DNA from: Takakia lepidozioides
Lineage: Eukaryota; Plantae; Bryophyta
DNA length: 64,000 nucleotides
NCBI GenBank assembly: GCA_030704615.1
Contig: CM060731.1
Location: 95,542,001-95,606,000, forward strand
Direction of reading: 5' to 3'
The notes under the pieces are model-generated. The model was not told the DNA's origin. It searched no databases and worked only from the letters and a program-made list of their open reading frames with translations. A program made the position numbers and the translations under genes. Below, one piece after another: positions 36,690-48,918 of the stretch (its first letter is position 1; each line of letters begins with the position of its first letter).

Positions 36690-38860
36690 GTGGAGGTCGG
36701 CAACCAAAACTGCCGACTTAATGCATAGTGGTAACACTCCACGGAAATAGAAAATGCAACGCCTATCACCGTGGGCTGCAGGTGAGTTGTCGTAGTTGCC
36801 ACCGACTATAGCACCACCCTCAAAATTGGCAAGTCTGTACGGCGATGTTAGTGTTATGGTCGCCACCGACTATATCATCCCCAGTGAAAGCTAGACCCAA
36901 GCTGGACCTATTGTGTCTATAACTACATAGTTGAAATTACTTGTTCTTGAAATGGACACTGTTGAAGCGTGATTGTCTGTGAGGGAAGGAGTGTGCACAT
37001 GGGCATAAGTTTAATATTTGGGCATTGTGGCTGGCATGTCATGGCAAGGGTCTTTATATCAATCAGCAGAGTACTAACTTGTATCATTTGGATATTTGTG
37101 ACCGACAATTTATGACTTCAGCAGACTAGGCTCAGCACTCCAGCAATTCCAAACCAGGGGAATGTGAAGGGTTGGAGGATGGTGAGGATGTGAAGATCAT
37201 GCAATTAAGAAGACTGAACATCCACATTGGAGTAAATTTTTCGCACAACAAACACCCTATCACTGTACAGATTTTCAATGATTCAGCGCATCAGAGAAAC
37301 CCGTTTGAGTTAGGGTTTAGGGTAAAGCAAATGCAACTACGTAACATTCGGACTACCAGGGTCTCACCATACTCCGACGCTTCCTGCACACCCCAGAAAC
37401 TACTGTTGCGGGGGAGGGACCCGGTAGCAAGTCGAGGCCAAGTCTTAACTGATCTTTGGGCTAGGAGTCCTCTCCTCACCAACGACCTCGTCAACATACT
37501 CTTCGCGGAGCCTTCCTCGGTCGTTGGATCCTCGCTTTCCGATCCCTCTTCTGCAGAATTATCAAAATAGTTCCGTACCGTAGAAAATTGAGCAGCAGCC
37601 CTCACCTGTGCTGGCCATTGTGCCTGTTGAGACATTCCTGTCCACGGTTGCTCATCCTGAGCCTGCGCTTCTGTTGCCGCATAGGGAGGCATGTCGTACC
37701 CTTTCTCCGGAGTATTTAGAGCTGCAACCTGTTCAAGCACTTTCAACCTCTTCTCCCTACCAGCGTCTCCCTCCCGGTATCCGTGGAAGACCCTGGAATC
37801 CCCATGATGTCCTCCGCGGGACGCTTGCAATCTGCAAGGGCGGCTCGTAACTGCAAATTACGACATGACCTATTAGATCAATTTTGCATGAATGATGATT
37901 TGAGGAAATGAGAACATTTAGAACATGCTAACAATGAAGACACTTACATAGAAGTTGGACTTACTCACTCCAACGATTGTACGTGAATCTGAATGTCATC
38001 CCTTTAGTCGTTCAACCAGTCAGTGTCGGCAGCTGTCTTATCGACAACGGTGGCCGCAGGTGCCTGCCGCTGCAATCCCCCTAGCCTCTCTCGCAGTAGC
38101 TCATTCGTCCCCTTCCAGGCAACAGAGGCCTTCCGCAATTGTTGCAGCCACCATGGAGGACCCGCATCCCGCTATCAGATCGACTACTGTTCCCCCTTCT
38201 GGTGAACACATCTCCATGAAGGTTTGCATGAACCTGGGGCTTTTTTCACGTGCCCCGTGGAAGAAGGTGTCATCTTGTCGTTTGTGGAGTCTATCCTCCC
38301 TGACCATGTTCCTCACCACATCCTTAGTGACGCTGTTGTGGTCGGTGTCAAGCTTTGCAGCTATCTCCCGCAAGTTGAAATTGGCGTCCATGCCTCTCAA
38401 TAGACAAAATGCATAGAAAATCACAGTCTGCCATTACAAATTTGAGGAGGAACCCCGTCAGATCGGTATTATGTAAGAGAAGACATACAACATTCTGTAA
38501 AGGTTATGTTTCAAGAAACTAATGGACTTTGTAGCTGCACGATTCTAAAATGAGTTGTGGTAGTCGTTACAGACTATAACGTCGAAACCACACAATTTTG
38601 GTTGATAGTCGGCACCGACAATGATCCGAACAAATCCGACCAAATCGTTACCGACCAAATGCGACAATCCGGCACTTCAATGACTAAGTAACAAGACACA
38701 ACATTCTAATAGTCAGTGCCGACCATAAATATTAATGTGGGTGAACAGAGAAATAGTCGGTGCCGACTATGCAAAGAGAGTATGCGCCCCCAAACATGTC
38801 TGCACCGACTATATATCTATTGACAACCCATAACTAAAACAATAGATATTTGACGACTAT
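36690..38860. repeat. Dispersed palindromes ATAGTCGGYRCCGACTAT in the intron and 3' flank of the methyltransferase gene
   Basis: Best copy at 38753-38770. Others at ~38605, 38709, 38798, 36795 and 36856. Confidence 0.7.
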
Positions 38861-39092
38861 TAAATACATTTATAAAATAATGTCGATGAAGATGTGGTAC
38901 ATGCAATGAAAAGTTGAAAGTGCTTATCAAACAATATAAGCAGTTTAGTCAGTTTGAACTTACCTGTGGCTGCCCTTGCTCTCCAGATTGAAGTGGTAGC
39001 CGATTGAGACAAGTCCACTTTCTCTTGATAACTTTGAAGGGCCCCGCTGGGCCCACACATCTCTGAATTTCCATCTCTGTCTTGGCATCACC
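37291..39092 (-). pseudogene. 3' exons of a beta-class amino (N4C/N6A) DNA methyltransferase-like gene
   Basis: Exon 39092-38964 (AG/GT bounded, 43 codons, FKVIKRKWTCLN) splices in frame to an exon from 38427: TVIFYAF...EKSPRFMQTFMEMCSPEGGTVVDLIAGCGSSMVAA...CLEGD. These are motifs X, I and II. An acidic tail follows, and the 5' part is cut off by the LTR at 39112. Confidence 0.7.
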
Positions 39093-39111
39093 CTTGCAAA
39101 AAATAACAAGG

Positions 39112-40000
39112 TGTCGCGCGGCTTTTACTCACCCATCCCTTCGCTATCCGAGGTGGAAACTCCAAGATAGAAGAGTGGAAATCTCTAAGTACTCAGCCGC
39201 TCAGAACAATCAGTCATGACCTACAGCTAGTGTATCATGGGTGTTTCCTATTTGTTTTCCTTTCCGCATTCATGTTAGCTACCTGGCTATTGATAATTAA
39301 GTATCATTTGCTTCATCATCTATCGGATTCCATCAACTCATCCATTCATTCCACAGCTTCACTCAGATCTCTCTACCAGGGTGATTGTATCGTATAAGTA
39401 TCATATTATGATTTATCAGGTATCAGGCCGAAGCCATTGTGTCTCTAATCTGCTCTACAATATCACTACAGCTTTGCATATAACAAGCATCTACTAATCA
39501 TCTCTCCTCCTTCACCGTGCTCTCCATTTTGCTTCGTTCTGGCTCTCGCCCGATCCCTCTCATACATGACCAAGTGTCTCCCGTGAAGTCCCTTCCTTCA
39601 GTCCTTGCTCCTCACTTATCTTCTACCCGTGCCTCTAACCGTTTCCCTCACTAACCGTCGTCCGTGAACTACATGTTCCGTTTGCAGGTGTTGTTCCCCA
39701 CAGTCGTTCCTTGTCCTGCTCTACGTTCCCTATGGTCGTGACAGCTGTGTCAAGCTGTGACTGGCTGTGTGAAACTGTGAAGGGCTTTGACGGCTGTGCA
39801 TGTGTTTGGCTGTGTCGGGCTGTGACTGGCTGTGTGGCTGTGTCGGCTGTGACGGGCTGTGTTGGCTGTGATGGCTGTGTCGGGCTTGTGACGAGCTGTG
39901 GCTGACTGTGTCTGGCTGTCGGCTGTGTTGGCTGTGAGGCTGTGTCGGGCTGTGACGAGCCTGTGGTGACTGTGTCTGGCTGGTCGGCTGTGACTGCTGT
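39112..40000 (-). mobile_element. Family A LTR, truncated
   Basis: Starts TGTCGCGCGGCTTTTACTC and breaks off in the minisatellite. Confidence 0.9.
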
Positions 40001-40092
40001 CGAGGTTTACTATGTCATGAGCATGAGCAGAAACCATGAGCCATGAGCCATGAGCCGCATGAGCCGCATGAGCGGTGAGCCGAAGTCTAAGA

Positions 40093-40592
40093 NNNNNNNN
40101 NNNNNNNNNNNNNNNNNNNNNNNNNNNNNNNNNNNNNNNNNNNNNNNNNNNNNNNNNNNNNNNNNNNNNNNNNNNNNNNNNNNNNNNNNNNNNNNNNNNN
40201 NNNNNNNNNNNNNNNNNNNNNNNNNNNNNNNNNNNNNNNNNNNNNNNNNNNNNNNNNNNNNNNNNNNNNNNNNNNNNNNNNNNNNNNNNNNNNNNNNNNN
40301 NNNNNNNNNNNNNNNNNNNNNNNNNNNNNNNNNNNNNNNNNNNNNNNNNNNNNNNNNNNNNNNNNNNNNNNNNNNNNNNNNNNNNNNNNNNNNNNNNNNN
40401 NNNNNNNNNNNNNNNNNNNNNNNNNNNNNNNNNNNNNNNNNNNNNNNNNNNNNNNNNNNNNNNNNNNNNNNNNNNNNNNNNNNNNNNNNNNNNNNNNNNN
40501 NNNNNNNNNNNNNNNNNNNNNNNNNNNNNNNNNNNNNNNNNNNNNNNNNNNNNNNNNNNNNNNNNNNNNNNNNNNNNNNNNNNNNNNNNNNN
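40093..40592. other. Assembly gap (500 N)
   Basis: Run of N. Confidence 1.
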
Positions 40593-42178
40593 CATTTCTT
40601 TTAATGTGGCAATAACCAAAACTCTCTTCTGTAATATCTCTCGTATATGCCTGGGTTTCTTTCAAGCTTCAATGCACCCTTGGCTATACTAGAAGTCTCC
40701 GTTACCATATAACCATATGGCAAACAAGTCTGGAAAGCTGTTCTTGGGTGTGAGTTGATCCACAGAATATCCTTTGGAATCCAATTCTTTACCAGTACAA
40801 GCCTCTTCATGCATATGAGTATAAACATTCACCTTCCTTTCCTCCCAGCCTTCAAACTCTACTCGCTTAATGGATAGCAATGCTATCACATAAACCAGTG
40901 TTGGTAACCAACGTGCTCTTCCTCTACAGGCCACTTGATAAATCTTTATCACTCCTTTCTCCAGACCCCACTCAGGGTCAGCATCATGCACTCTTTTAAG
41001 AATGTTTTCTTTACAACCGTCTGGCAATTCCAAGAACTTGAAAGAATCGTTTGGACAATCTTTCCTTCTCAGTTTCACAGGGAATTTGATTCACATCAAA
41101 TTTCTTTAATTCTCCAACCCACCATGATCCACCAGATGCCTGTCACATCTAGTTGTTCATGACCTAGTCTCCCAGTACGGTCGCCAAATGTCGAACGGCT
41201 TTTATTCACCCATCCCTTCGCTATCCGAGGTGGAAACTCCAAGATAGAAGAGTTGGATATCTCTAAGCGCTCAGCCCGCTCAGTACAATCAGTCATGACT
41301 TGCAGCTAATGAATCATGGTTGTGCTTCCCATTTGTATTCCTTCTTGCCTTCATGTTATCAATTTACCTTATCTGATACTGAAGCATCAAATTGCTTCAG
41401 TATCTTCTTAGTTCCAGTTAATCATGCATTCATTTCACAGCTTCACTCATGTCTCTCTACACAGTGTGCTTGTATCGAATAAGTATCAGATTACGATTTA
41501 TCAGGTACTAGGCCAATGTCAAAGTGACTCTAATCCGCCCTACAGTATCACTACAGCTCTGCATGAAATAAACCTCCATCAAGTCATTATCTCCTCTTCT
41601 GTGTAATCGTCATCCCTGTGCTCCAAGATCGTGCCCTCCGTCTGACCTTTCCCCTGATGTCTAAGAAGTGATCCAAGAAGTCATCCCCCAGAAGTCCCCG
41701 CTCTTCGCTTTATCTACCTACAAGCTGTTCTTACCGCCTTGTTAACTAACCGTCACCCCTGAAGTAACATATTCCCTCTGCAGATGTCGTTCCTACACAG
41801 TCGTTCCCTGTCCATGTTAACCGTTCCCCCTGATCTGTGACAACTGTGCAAAACTGCGTTGGGCTGTGTGACGCTGTGACGGGCTGTGACTGGCTGTGAC
41901 TGGTGTGTGTCGGGCTGTGACTGGCTGTGATTGGTTGTGACGGACTGTGACGGACTGTGATGACTGTGACGGGCTGTGACTGGCTGTGTCGGGCTGTGTT
42001 GGCTGTGACGGCTGTGTAGGCTGTGTAAAGCTGTGGCGGGCTGTGTCGGGCTGTGTAACCCCCCCCTAAAGTCTGCTGCTGTCACCCCTAAGGCTCCTGT
42101 TGGTCTCAATCTGTGTAAAAATTAAGGGTACCCCACAGAACCTGTAAAAGCGTTAAAGTCCCAAGCAGCCCTCTAACA
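40593..42178 (-). mobile_element. Diverged family A copy: upstream ORF, PBS and 5' LTR (41189-42178)
   Basis: Homologous to 24585-26270, with PBS TGGCGACCGTACTGGGAG. Confidence 0.9.
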
Positions 42179-42808
42179 GTTCACCACAATGTCGTGCCCT
42201 TCAATCATACCACCATCGAATATGGAAAGCTTCACGTTTTCGTCGTCCACACCAATGCAAATGTCCCCATACAATGGAGAGAGGAGCGCACTCCTTCAGG
42301 AGTATACGTCTCTCCGATGGAGTCCACCCACGTCCACTGGCAGCAGTTCCACCGCAACAGCATAGCAGTGCGCATTCTTCTGCATGGGTGCCCGTCGTAG
42401 CTTGGAAAATCGGAATCAAGGATGTGCAGGAGCCACGGACTCCTCAGACCAAGATCGTCACCCCGCTCGAAGGCATAGTGGCCTGGGATATACTAAAAAA
42501 CGGACAATGTTTCCACATTCGAACCAGTATCTTTTGTGTAATCTGTGTACCAGATAACGATGTCTCCCGATGTGGCCGAATACATTGCATAATCGAAGCC
42601 ATAAGGTAGTCGTCCCGGTTCCGGAAGTACGACATCCTTGCAAATGAGGACCTAAGGACGTCTTTGATGCGATGACAATGACCTTTGCGGACATCAACGA
42701 AGCCCTTAGATTTTTGAAATGATGAGAAGCAGAAGAGCAGTGCGGGCTCCAATAATGGAGCATCTCGGTCACACGTACCCACCAATCATCGTGTAACGTG
42801 TTCATCAT
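42179..42808 (-). pseudogene. Unknown-function gene fragment, paralog of 43136-43714
   Basis: GHYAFERG...SPWLLHILD, ELLPVDVGGLHR, PLYGDI and DGGMIEGHDIVV. Confidence 0.65.
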
Positions 42809-43135
42809 GCCAGCGGTGGATGAACCGATACCTCTTTCTCATCCACGGGGTAATAGTTTGGAAATCCGCCACGAAGTCCATCCCCGCCTTGGCGCCGCCT
42901 TTACATCGAAGGGGGATGATGACTTCGTCGTTCGAGTGGCTATAGGCCCACCTGGCACTTACTGCCCATAGTTTGCATGGCAGGGAAGGAAACTGAAACG
43001 GCTACATTCATGGAGCAACCAATCTTCATCCGTGCAGGTTCCTGTAGGGGGGAAATTTAAATTGCCCTGGAGTGTTTCTGAGGAATTGCAGCGTTTGCTT
43101 GAACTTCTTCCAGCCACCTGCTGCTCTTTTCAAGG

Positions 43136-43714
43136 ATGACGTGCCGTCAAAATCCTGCTGACTGCCCTTATCATGGCCACGATTATGCTATGTTCAAACC
43201 AGAATCAGGAGACATCATTGTCTGGCTCTCTGTTTTCATAGACGCTTCTGTGGAATCAAGCGGGATTCTTTTGCGCGCAATGGTATTTGGAGGCTATTAC
43301 CGCTTTGAGCGAGGTGAGGGCGAGGGTCAATGTAGTCCGTGGGTCCTGAAAATTGTTGACCTCGATATACCAAGGTGGAATGGGATGCCGGACAGATCAC
43401 GCACGGCCTCACTTTGGCGCTGGAACTGCTGCCAGTGGACCAGGGAGGACGGCACCGGGGAAAACTATATTCGTGGAGTTCACTCTGCTCTTCCATTGTA
43501 TGGAGACATTCGGCTGAGTTGCGAAGACGAATCGCACGGGCACATGAGGCCCATAGTGACCTTGTCAATGTATGATGGTGGTATGATTGATGGGCATGAC
43601 ATTGTCGTCAGCTCCACCAAGGGCACCGGATCGACCGCATTGCAGTTTACCTCGAGGTGCCGCATCAGTAATGAGCTTGTTTTGAAGGCTATCGAAGTTC
43701 CGTCGACTTGGTGA
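43136..43714 (+). pseudogene. Unknown-function gene, paralog of 42179-42808 (compensating frameshifts)
   Basis: GYYRFERG...SPWVLKIVD, ELLPVDQGGRHR (alternative frame), PLYGDI and DGGMIDGHDIVV. Confidence 0.65.
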
Positions 43715-43989
43715 CGCCCATGTAGAAGGAGGAAGGGCTTAGATTTGTCTGGAGTTGCTAAATGTGAGACACCGCGTTCGATCAATAAAACAACCCATCG
43801 TACCTCACTTCTGTATGCTTGTGTTTCATCGTGTTCAAGAATTGCCGTAATTGGCCCATTGTTTACAATTTAAGGTCTCATTTCTACAATGTGTCTGTCC
43901 ATATGAATATACCAGAGTCAGCGATATCAGAGTCCTGAGGTGAAGAAAATCCATGTATGAGTAAAAGGAAACATGTACACGCCGAAGCT

Positions 43990-44902
43990 CGGAAATTCGG
44001 CACCGCATTTCATTTTTCTCCATGCACAATTTCTGGCAGCTCCCTTTCCTCCGTTGTCGTCGTAACAGAAATGCTGTACAACATTTCATTTCCTGACATC
44101 GCATTATCATACTTCGAATTGGAAATGCGGCGCCGCATTTCCATATTGGACCTTGAATTGTCCGAGCATGTCCAGTTGCTAATGCTTGTCCATGTCCATA
44201 CTTGAAATGCGGCACCGCATTTCCATGTCCGTCATCAAAATTTCGTACCGGGCAATGAAATGCGGCACCGCATTTCCGGAGAGCACAATGGAATGCGGTG
44301 CCGCATTTCCGTCCAATAAGACGGAATGCCCACACGGGTCTGGAATTGGACAAACAACGATGTCTGTTTTGGAAATGCGGCGCCGCATTTCCATGTTGGG
44401 CAATCGAAAGTTTTTATAGGACAATGTAAGTTTTTATAGGACTATGGAATGCGGTGCGGCATTTCCGTCAAAGGGTCTGGAATTGGACAAACAACGATGT
44501 CCATTTTGGAAATGCGGCGCCGCATTTCCATGTACATCATCGAAATTTCTTATTGGACAATGGAATGCGGTGCCGCATTCCGGCATGGGGAGCCGCATTT
44601 CCGTCGATGGGTCTGCAGTTGGAAAAATGTCCATCTCCAAAATGTAAATGCGGCACCGCATTTCCATGTTTGACCTCCGCATTTCCATTTACCTCCATGG
44701 AAGGAGCTGGCAATCGGCAAAACTGCCGTGTCGGAAACGGAAATGCGGCACCGCATTCCGTTCGGTCGGCCGAACAGTTTCTGATGTCCAAATCATGAAA
44801 CGGAAAATTGTCTTGCCCGGTTTGGGAAATGCGGTGCTGCATTTCCAAAACCGGGGCAAGAACAATTTTCCATTCCGACATTGAAATGCGGTTCCGCAGT
44901 TC
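43990..44902. repeat. Third GGAAATGCGGYRCCGCATTTCC array, irregular spacing
   Basis: More than a dozen copies, for example at 44121, 44203, 44371, 44508 and 44739. Confidence 0.92.
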
Positions 44903-45039
44903 CGATTTTGGGAGGGACCAGGTTTGGACGATCTTGTCGTTGAGAAGCACATGGGAGAGGGGACATGAAGGACGGGGAGAATTTCCTTTTTATACTCCGG
45001 AATAGAATTTAAATGTATAGAGAGTTCATTAAAATTCTA

Positions 45040-45537
45040 TTAATCTTGAAAATCATCACTATCGTCGTCTTGTCCTTGACTGTCCTGCTCCGCCTCCACC
45101 CCGTCATTGCCTTTCTCATCTCCAACGGACTGCTTGTTGGCCAGGCTTTCGAAAATCCCATCTTCACCTTGCGGAACCGACCATCTCACCTCCGTTGGCT
45201 CGTCGTCCTCCCTGTCTGCATCGCTCTCATCCGCTAAATCACATATGAACTTTCGCACCCGTCTACCTGTCTCAGCTGTTGCCAACTCTTTCCTTATCCT
45301 TCTGTCCTCCCTAGCCCTCTCCAAAATCTGCTCTACTTTACTGGGATTCTCACATCGTCTAATCGCTGTATTTGCAAGTTTAGCTGCATAACTAGGAAGG
45401 GAGTAGTCCTTCACCGGGCTCGTCATGAAGTCGCCCCTCGCAAAGAACGGGACATTCTTCCTGGCAGGAAGTGTAGGCCCTACATGTTTCGACTCGGATC
45501 CTGGAATCCTGCACATAACAATCACCAACGAGACCAA
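45040..45537 (-). pseudogene. Acidic C-terminal exon of an unknown gene, probably cut by family B
   Basis: KFICDLADESD...DDDSDDFQD tail. The upstream part is replaced by LTR-like sequence. Confidence 0.35.
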
Positions 45538-47419
45538 TGAGAACCACCGTCCGGAAATGCGTTTGACAAAAAATCACCCAGAAGGCTTTGCAAACTTACA
45601 ATGTTTGCACTCACTCGTATTCCGGGTTCTCCTCGGTATCAATGTCCACTGTCTCTTCCTCCGACTCCGACAAATCCGAGGAGTCTTTGGCTTCGATGGG
45701 AGCTGTCAAGTTATTTTACCACTAGTGTGAAACTAGCTAGGAAATAGCTAGCTTTTACATATTGACATTTGGGATTGGCCCAAGTGTCAATCCAGGGGTC
45801 AAGGCAGATTTAGGCCCTGGAGTGGTTATCTTCACGGCAAGCGCGGGAGGCTCATCTTTCTCGAGTTGAGCCTCACCGCGCCTAGCTATGGCGCCGTAGT
45901 GTGGATTCCCCATGGCGTGGGGTGCACTTGGCTTGACTTGTATTTGAGTGATGAGGTTATATATGCATGAGTTTATGCTTCAGATTTGTGTGCTCGTGGT
46001 TGTATTCTTCTTCTTTATCACTCGAGAAAGATGAGCTCATATCTGTGAGTGCCAAATACGAGTTAGTTGTAGCACTTGTGGTTTTTGCTTGAGAATGAGA
46101 GAAACCAGGTTGTTATGCAAGGAGCACCGTGGAGCTCTTGGTTGTTAGAAGCGGAGGCGATGTGGGTACGAGGTGGTAGACCTTGGCATTCGATCTTCAG
46201 CTTCAGAGATGAAAGCACCCATGCTGCAGGTAATTCCAGAGCACCTTGATGGTTTCAAATTGTGTACATGCATAAGCAAGCACGATTGGGAAGAGGACCA
46301 GTCAAAAGCAGGTTATAGTGGCTTTGGTGGCAAAGCTGAGAACTGGACTTGGGAATGCGCTTTCATTGTGTGAAGGATTGCAAGACCAAGCGAGGCTGAT
46401 TTGGCTTAGGGCAAATCAGTGCACTTTGTGGAGTATGTTGAGATTGGGTTTCAATCTCGAGCTTCAGCATTGAGAGGGCTCTTGTCATGGCAAGAGCAGG
46501 GCTGGAACAGGAGCTAAGAGGTGCGACAAGGCCATGGAATGTGCACCTAGGGTTTCAGAGCTTGGAAGAAGAGCTCTTGCACCACAAGAGGAGTGTCTTG
46601 TGGCTGGAAATGTAAGCCTTAGGTTTCAGGAGCTTGGCAAGGCTGTGGAGTGCTTAGTCTTGTCTTAGAGAGCATCAAGGAGCTAAGGAGCCAAGATAGG
46701 GGGCTGATACCTCTTGTGTGAAGAGGTTGCATGTGTGGAGCATGTATTCGGCTCATTGAAGCTTCCATCTTCAAGCTTGGAGGGCAAGCAAGGAAGAGGG
46801 AAGGGCTGACTTCCCTTATGTGAGAGCAATGCATGTGTGGAGCATGTTTTCAGCCTGTTGAAGGCTTGTACTTTCAGGTTTGGGAGTGCAAGAAAGAAAG
46901 CAAAGGGGCTGATTCTCTGGTGGTGTGAGTGGGCATGTGTGGAGCATGCCTTCAGTCCATTGGGCTTTTGTTTTTCAAGCTTTAGAGAACTAGAAGAGAA
47001 GGTAAGGGGCTGATCTGCTCTTATGTGACAGTCCGACACTTGTAGAGCGTGTTCTGAGTTGGGGTTTCAACCTCAAGCCTAGATAGAGCATGGCTCTTGA
47101 AGTGGCAGGTGTAGGGGGCTGGAATAGGCTCTAAGACAGATGTTATGGCCAAGGGAAACGCTTGAATGAGTGCTCACAAGGGTTGGAAACCAGCAAAGCT
47201 TGGTTGTTTGCCATTGAGTTTAGTGGCGTGTTTGGGGAGTCTAAGTGAGAAAGAAGGCTTGGTTTGTGGCAACCATCTTCCTCATGGCTTAGGGCTACTA
47301 TTGGTGGTGTGTGGGAGCCGAAAGAGCAAGAATACCTTGCTGATTTCTTCACAGCCACCATAGCTCGGTGCAAGAAGCCTAGTCCAAGAGACAACAACCC
47401 TAGCTTGGCGTGGCCTTTG

Positions 47420-48260
47420 GGGCTGTGACCCCTGTGATCTGTGACAGGCTGTGGTGGGCTGTGATAGGCTGTGCCCTATGGCCTGTGGGGCTGTGATGGG
47501 TTGTGACACGTTGTGATGGGCTGTGAGGGGTTGTGATAGGCTGTGCCATGTGGCCTGTGGGGCTGTGACGGGCTGTGATAGGCTGTGGTGGGCTGTGTCA
47601 GGCTGTGCCCAGTGGCCTGTGGGGCTGTGAGGGGCTGTGACAGGCTGTGCCCTGTGGGGCTGTGATGGGCTATGAGGGGCTGTGACAGGTTGTGCCCTGT
47701 GGCCTGTGGGGCTTGATGGGATGTGACAGGCTATGGCAAGCTGTGATGGCTGTGAGGGGCTGTGATGGGCTGTGGCGGGCTGTGATAGGCTGTGCCCAAT
47801 GGCCTGTGGGGCTGTGACGGGCTGTGAGGGGCTGTGACAGGCTGTGCCCTGTGGCCTTTGGGGCTGTGACCCTGTGACCTGTGTAGGGCTGTGATAGGCT
47901 GAGCCATGTGGCCTGTGGGCTGTGGCGGGCTGTGCCCAGTGGCCTGGGGGCTGTGAGGGCTATGAGGGGCTGTGATAGGCAGTGCCCTGTGGCCTATGGG
48001 GCTGTGAGGGGCTGTGATAGGCTGTGGCCTTTGGGGCTGTGACCCTGTGACCTTTGTAGGGTTGTGCCTGTGGCCTTTGGGGTTGTGATGGGCTGTGACA
48101 TGCTGTGATGGGCCTTTGGGGCTGTGATGGGCTGTGACCCTGTGACCTGTGTAGGGCTGTGACAGGCTGTGGCCTGTGTGGGGCTGTGACCAGTGAGCTG
48201 TGTGGGCCTGTGCTGGTCTGTGGTGGCCCGTGTTGACCTGTGGACGGCCTGTGCTGACTC
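47420..48260. repeat. GGCTGTG(A)-based minisatellite
   Basis: Dozens of GGGCTGTGA/GGCCTGTG variants. Confidence 0.9.
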
Positions 48261-48918
48261 GTGGAGGCACTGGTGGACTGCCTAAGGATTGGCATGTGGT
48301 CTTGAAGGCCGAATTTTGAAGCTCGTGGAGGGCGGTTTGAGGAGTATCTTCATGATATTCCCATGGTCATGCAAGTGAGGGAAGAGAGGAGAGAAAGAGT
48401 GTTGGGATGAGGGCATGCTGGGGTTAGGCATTGCTTTAGCTTCTCTTCCTCGTAGTTTCCACCCTCTCATTAGGCCAAGACCTTTCCGTAGGTGGAGGCA
48501 AGAGTCAGTCCGGGTTTGGGCTAAGGTGTCCTTGCAGGAGCAACACCGTGGAGTTGTTTTTGGTGTGGGGAAGTTGTCGTTCTGATTTCTTGTGTTTGGA
48601 TCCCCTCCATACCTGCATGCTTGACTGTGCGCCATGGTGTGGGCGCTTGTTTTTATAGGTGTTTGGTCCGGATTTGATCACCGGCCAGTCCTAGAGCATG
48701 CTGTCGATGGTGAGGTTGGGGTGATGACCAGCCAGACCATCATTGTTTCTCCTGTGGTGAGGTTGGAGGTGATGACCAGCCAACCATAGGAGTGCTTGCG
48801 GTGGATGCAGGTACAAGTGTAGGCTATGTTAGGAACTTAGTATTTCAAACCATAAGCCGCAACAGGTTCTCTACCGGTTACCTTGTGGAGAGGGGGTTAG
48901 GGACATGTTCATGACCGG

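Noticed and set aside
28567-39092. ParB-like and methyltransferase exons as two halves of one split gene copy
   Set aside because: They are on opposite strands, both abut the same end of family A LTRs, and the flanking 5-mers differ (ACGTT versus CAAGG).
39750-40692. Long ORFs crossing the N run
   Set aside because: Artefact of the assembly gap.
39112-42178. One family A element spanning the gap
   Set aside because: The two LTRs are clearly diverged and the flanks do not form a TSD (CAAGG versus GTTCA).
47731-48295. His/Ser/Pro/Thr-rich ORFs here and in family A LTRs
   Set aside because: These are translations of the GGCTGTG minisatellite.
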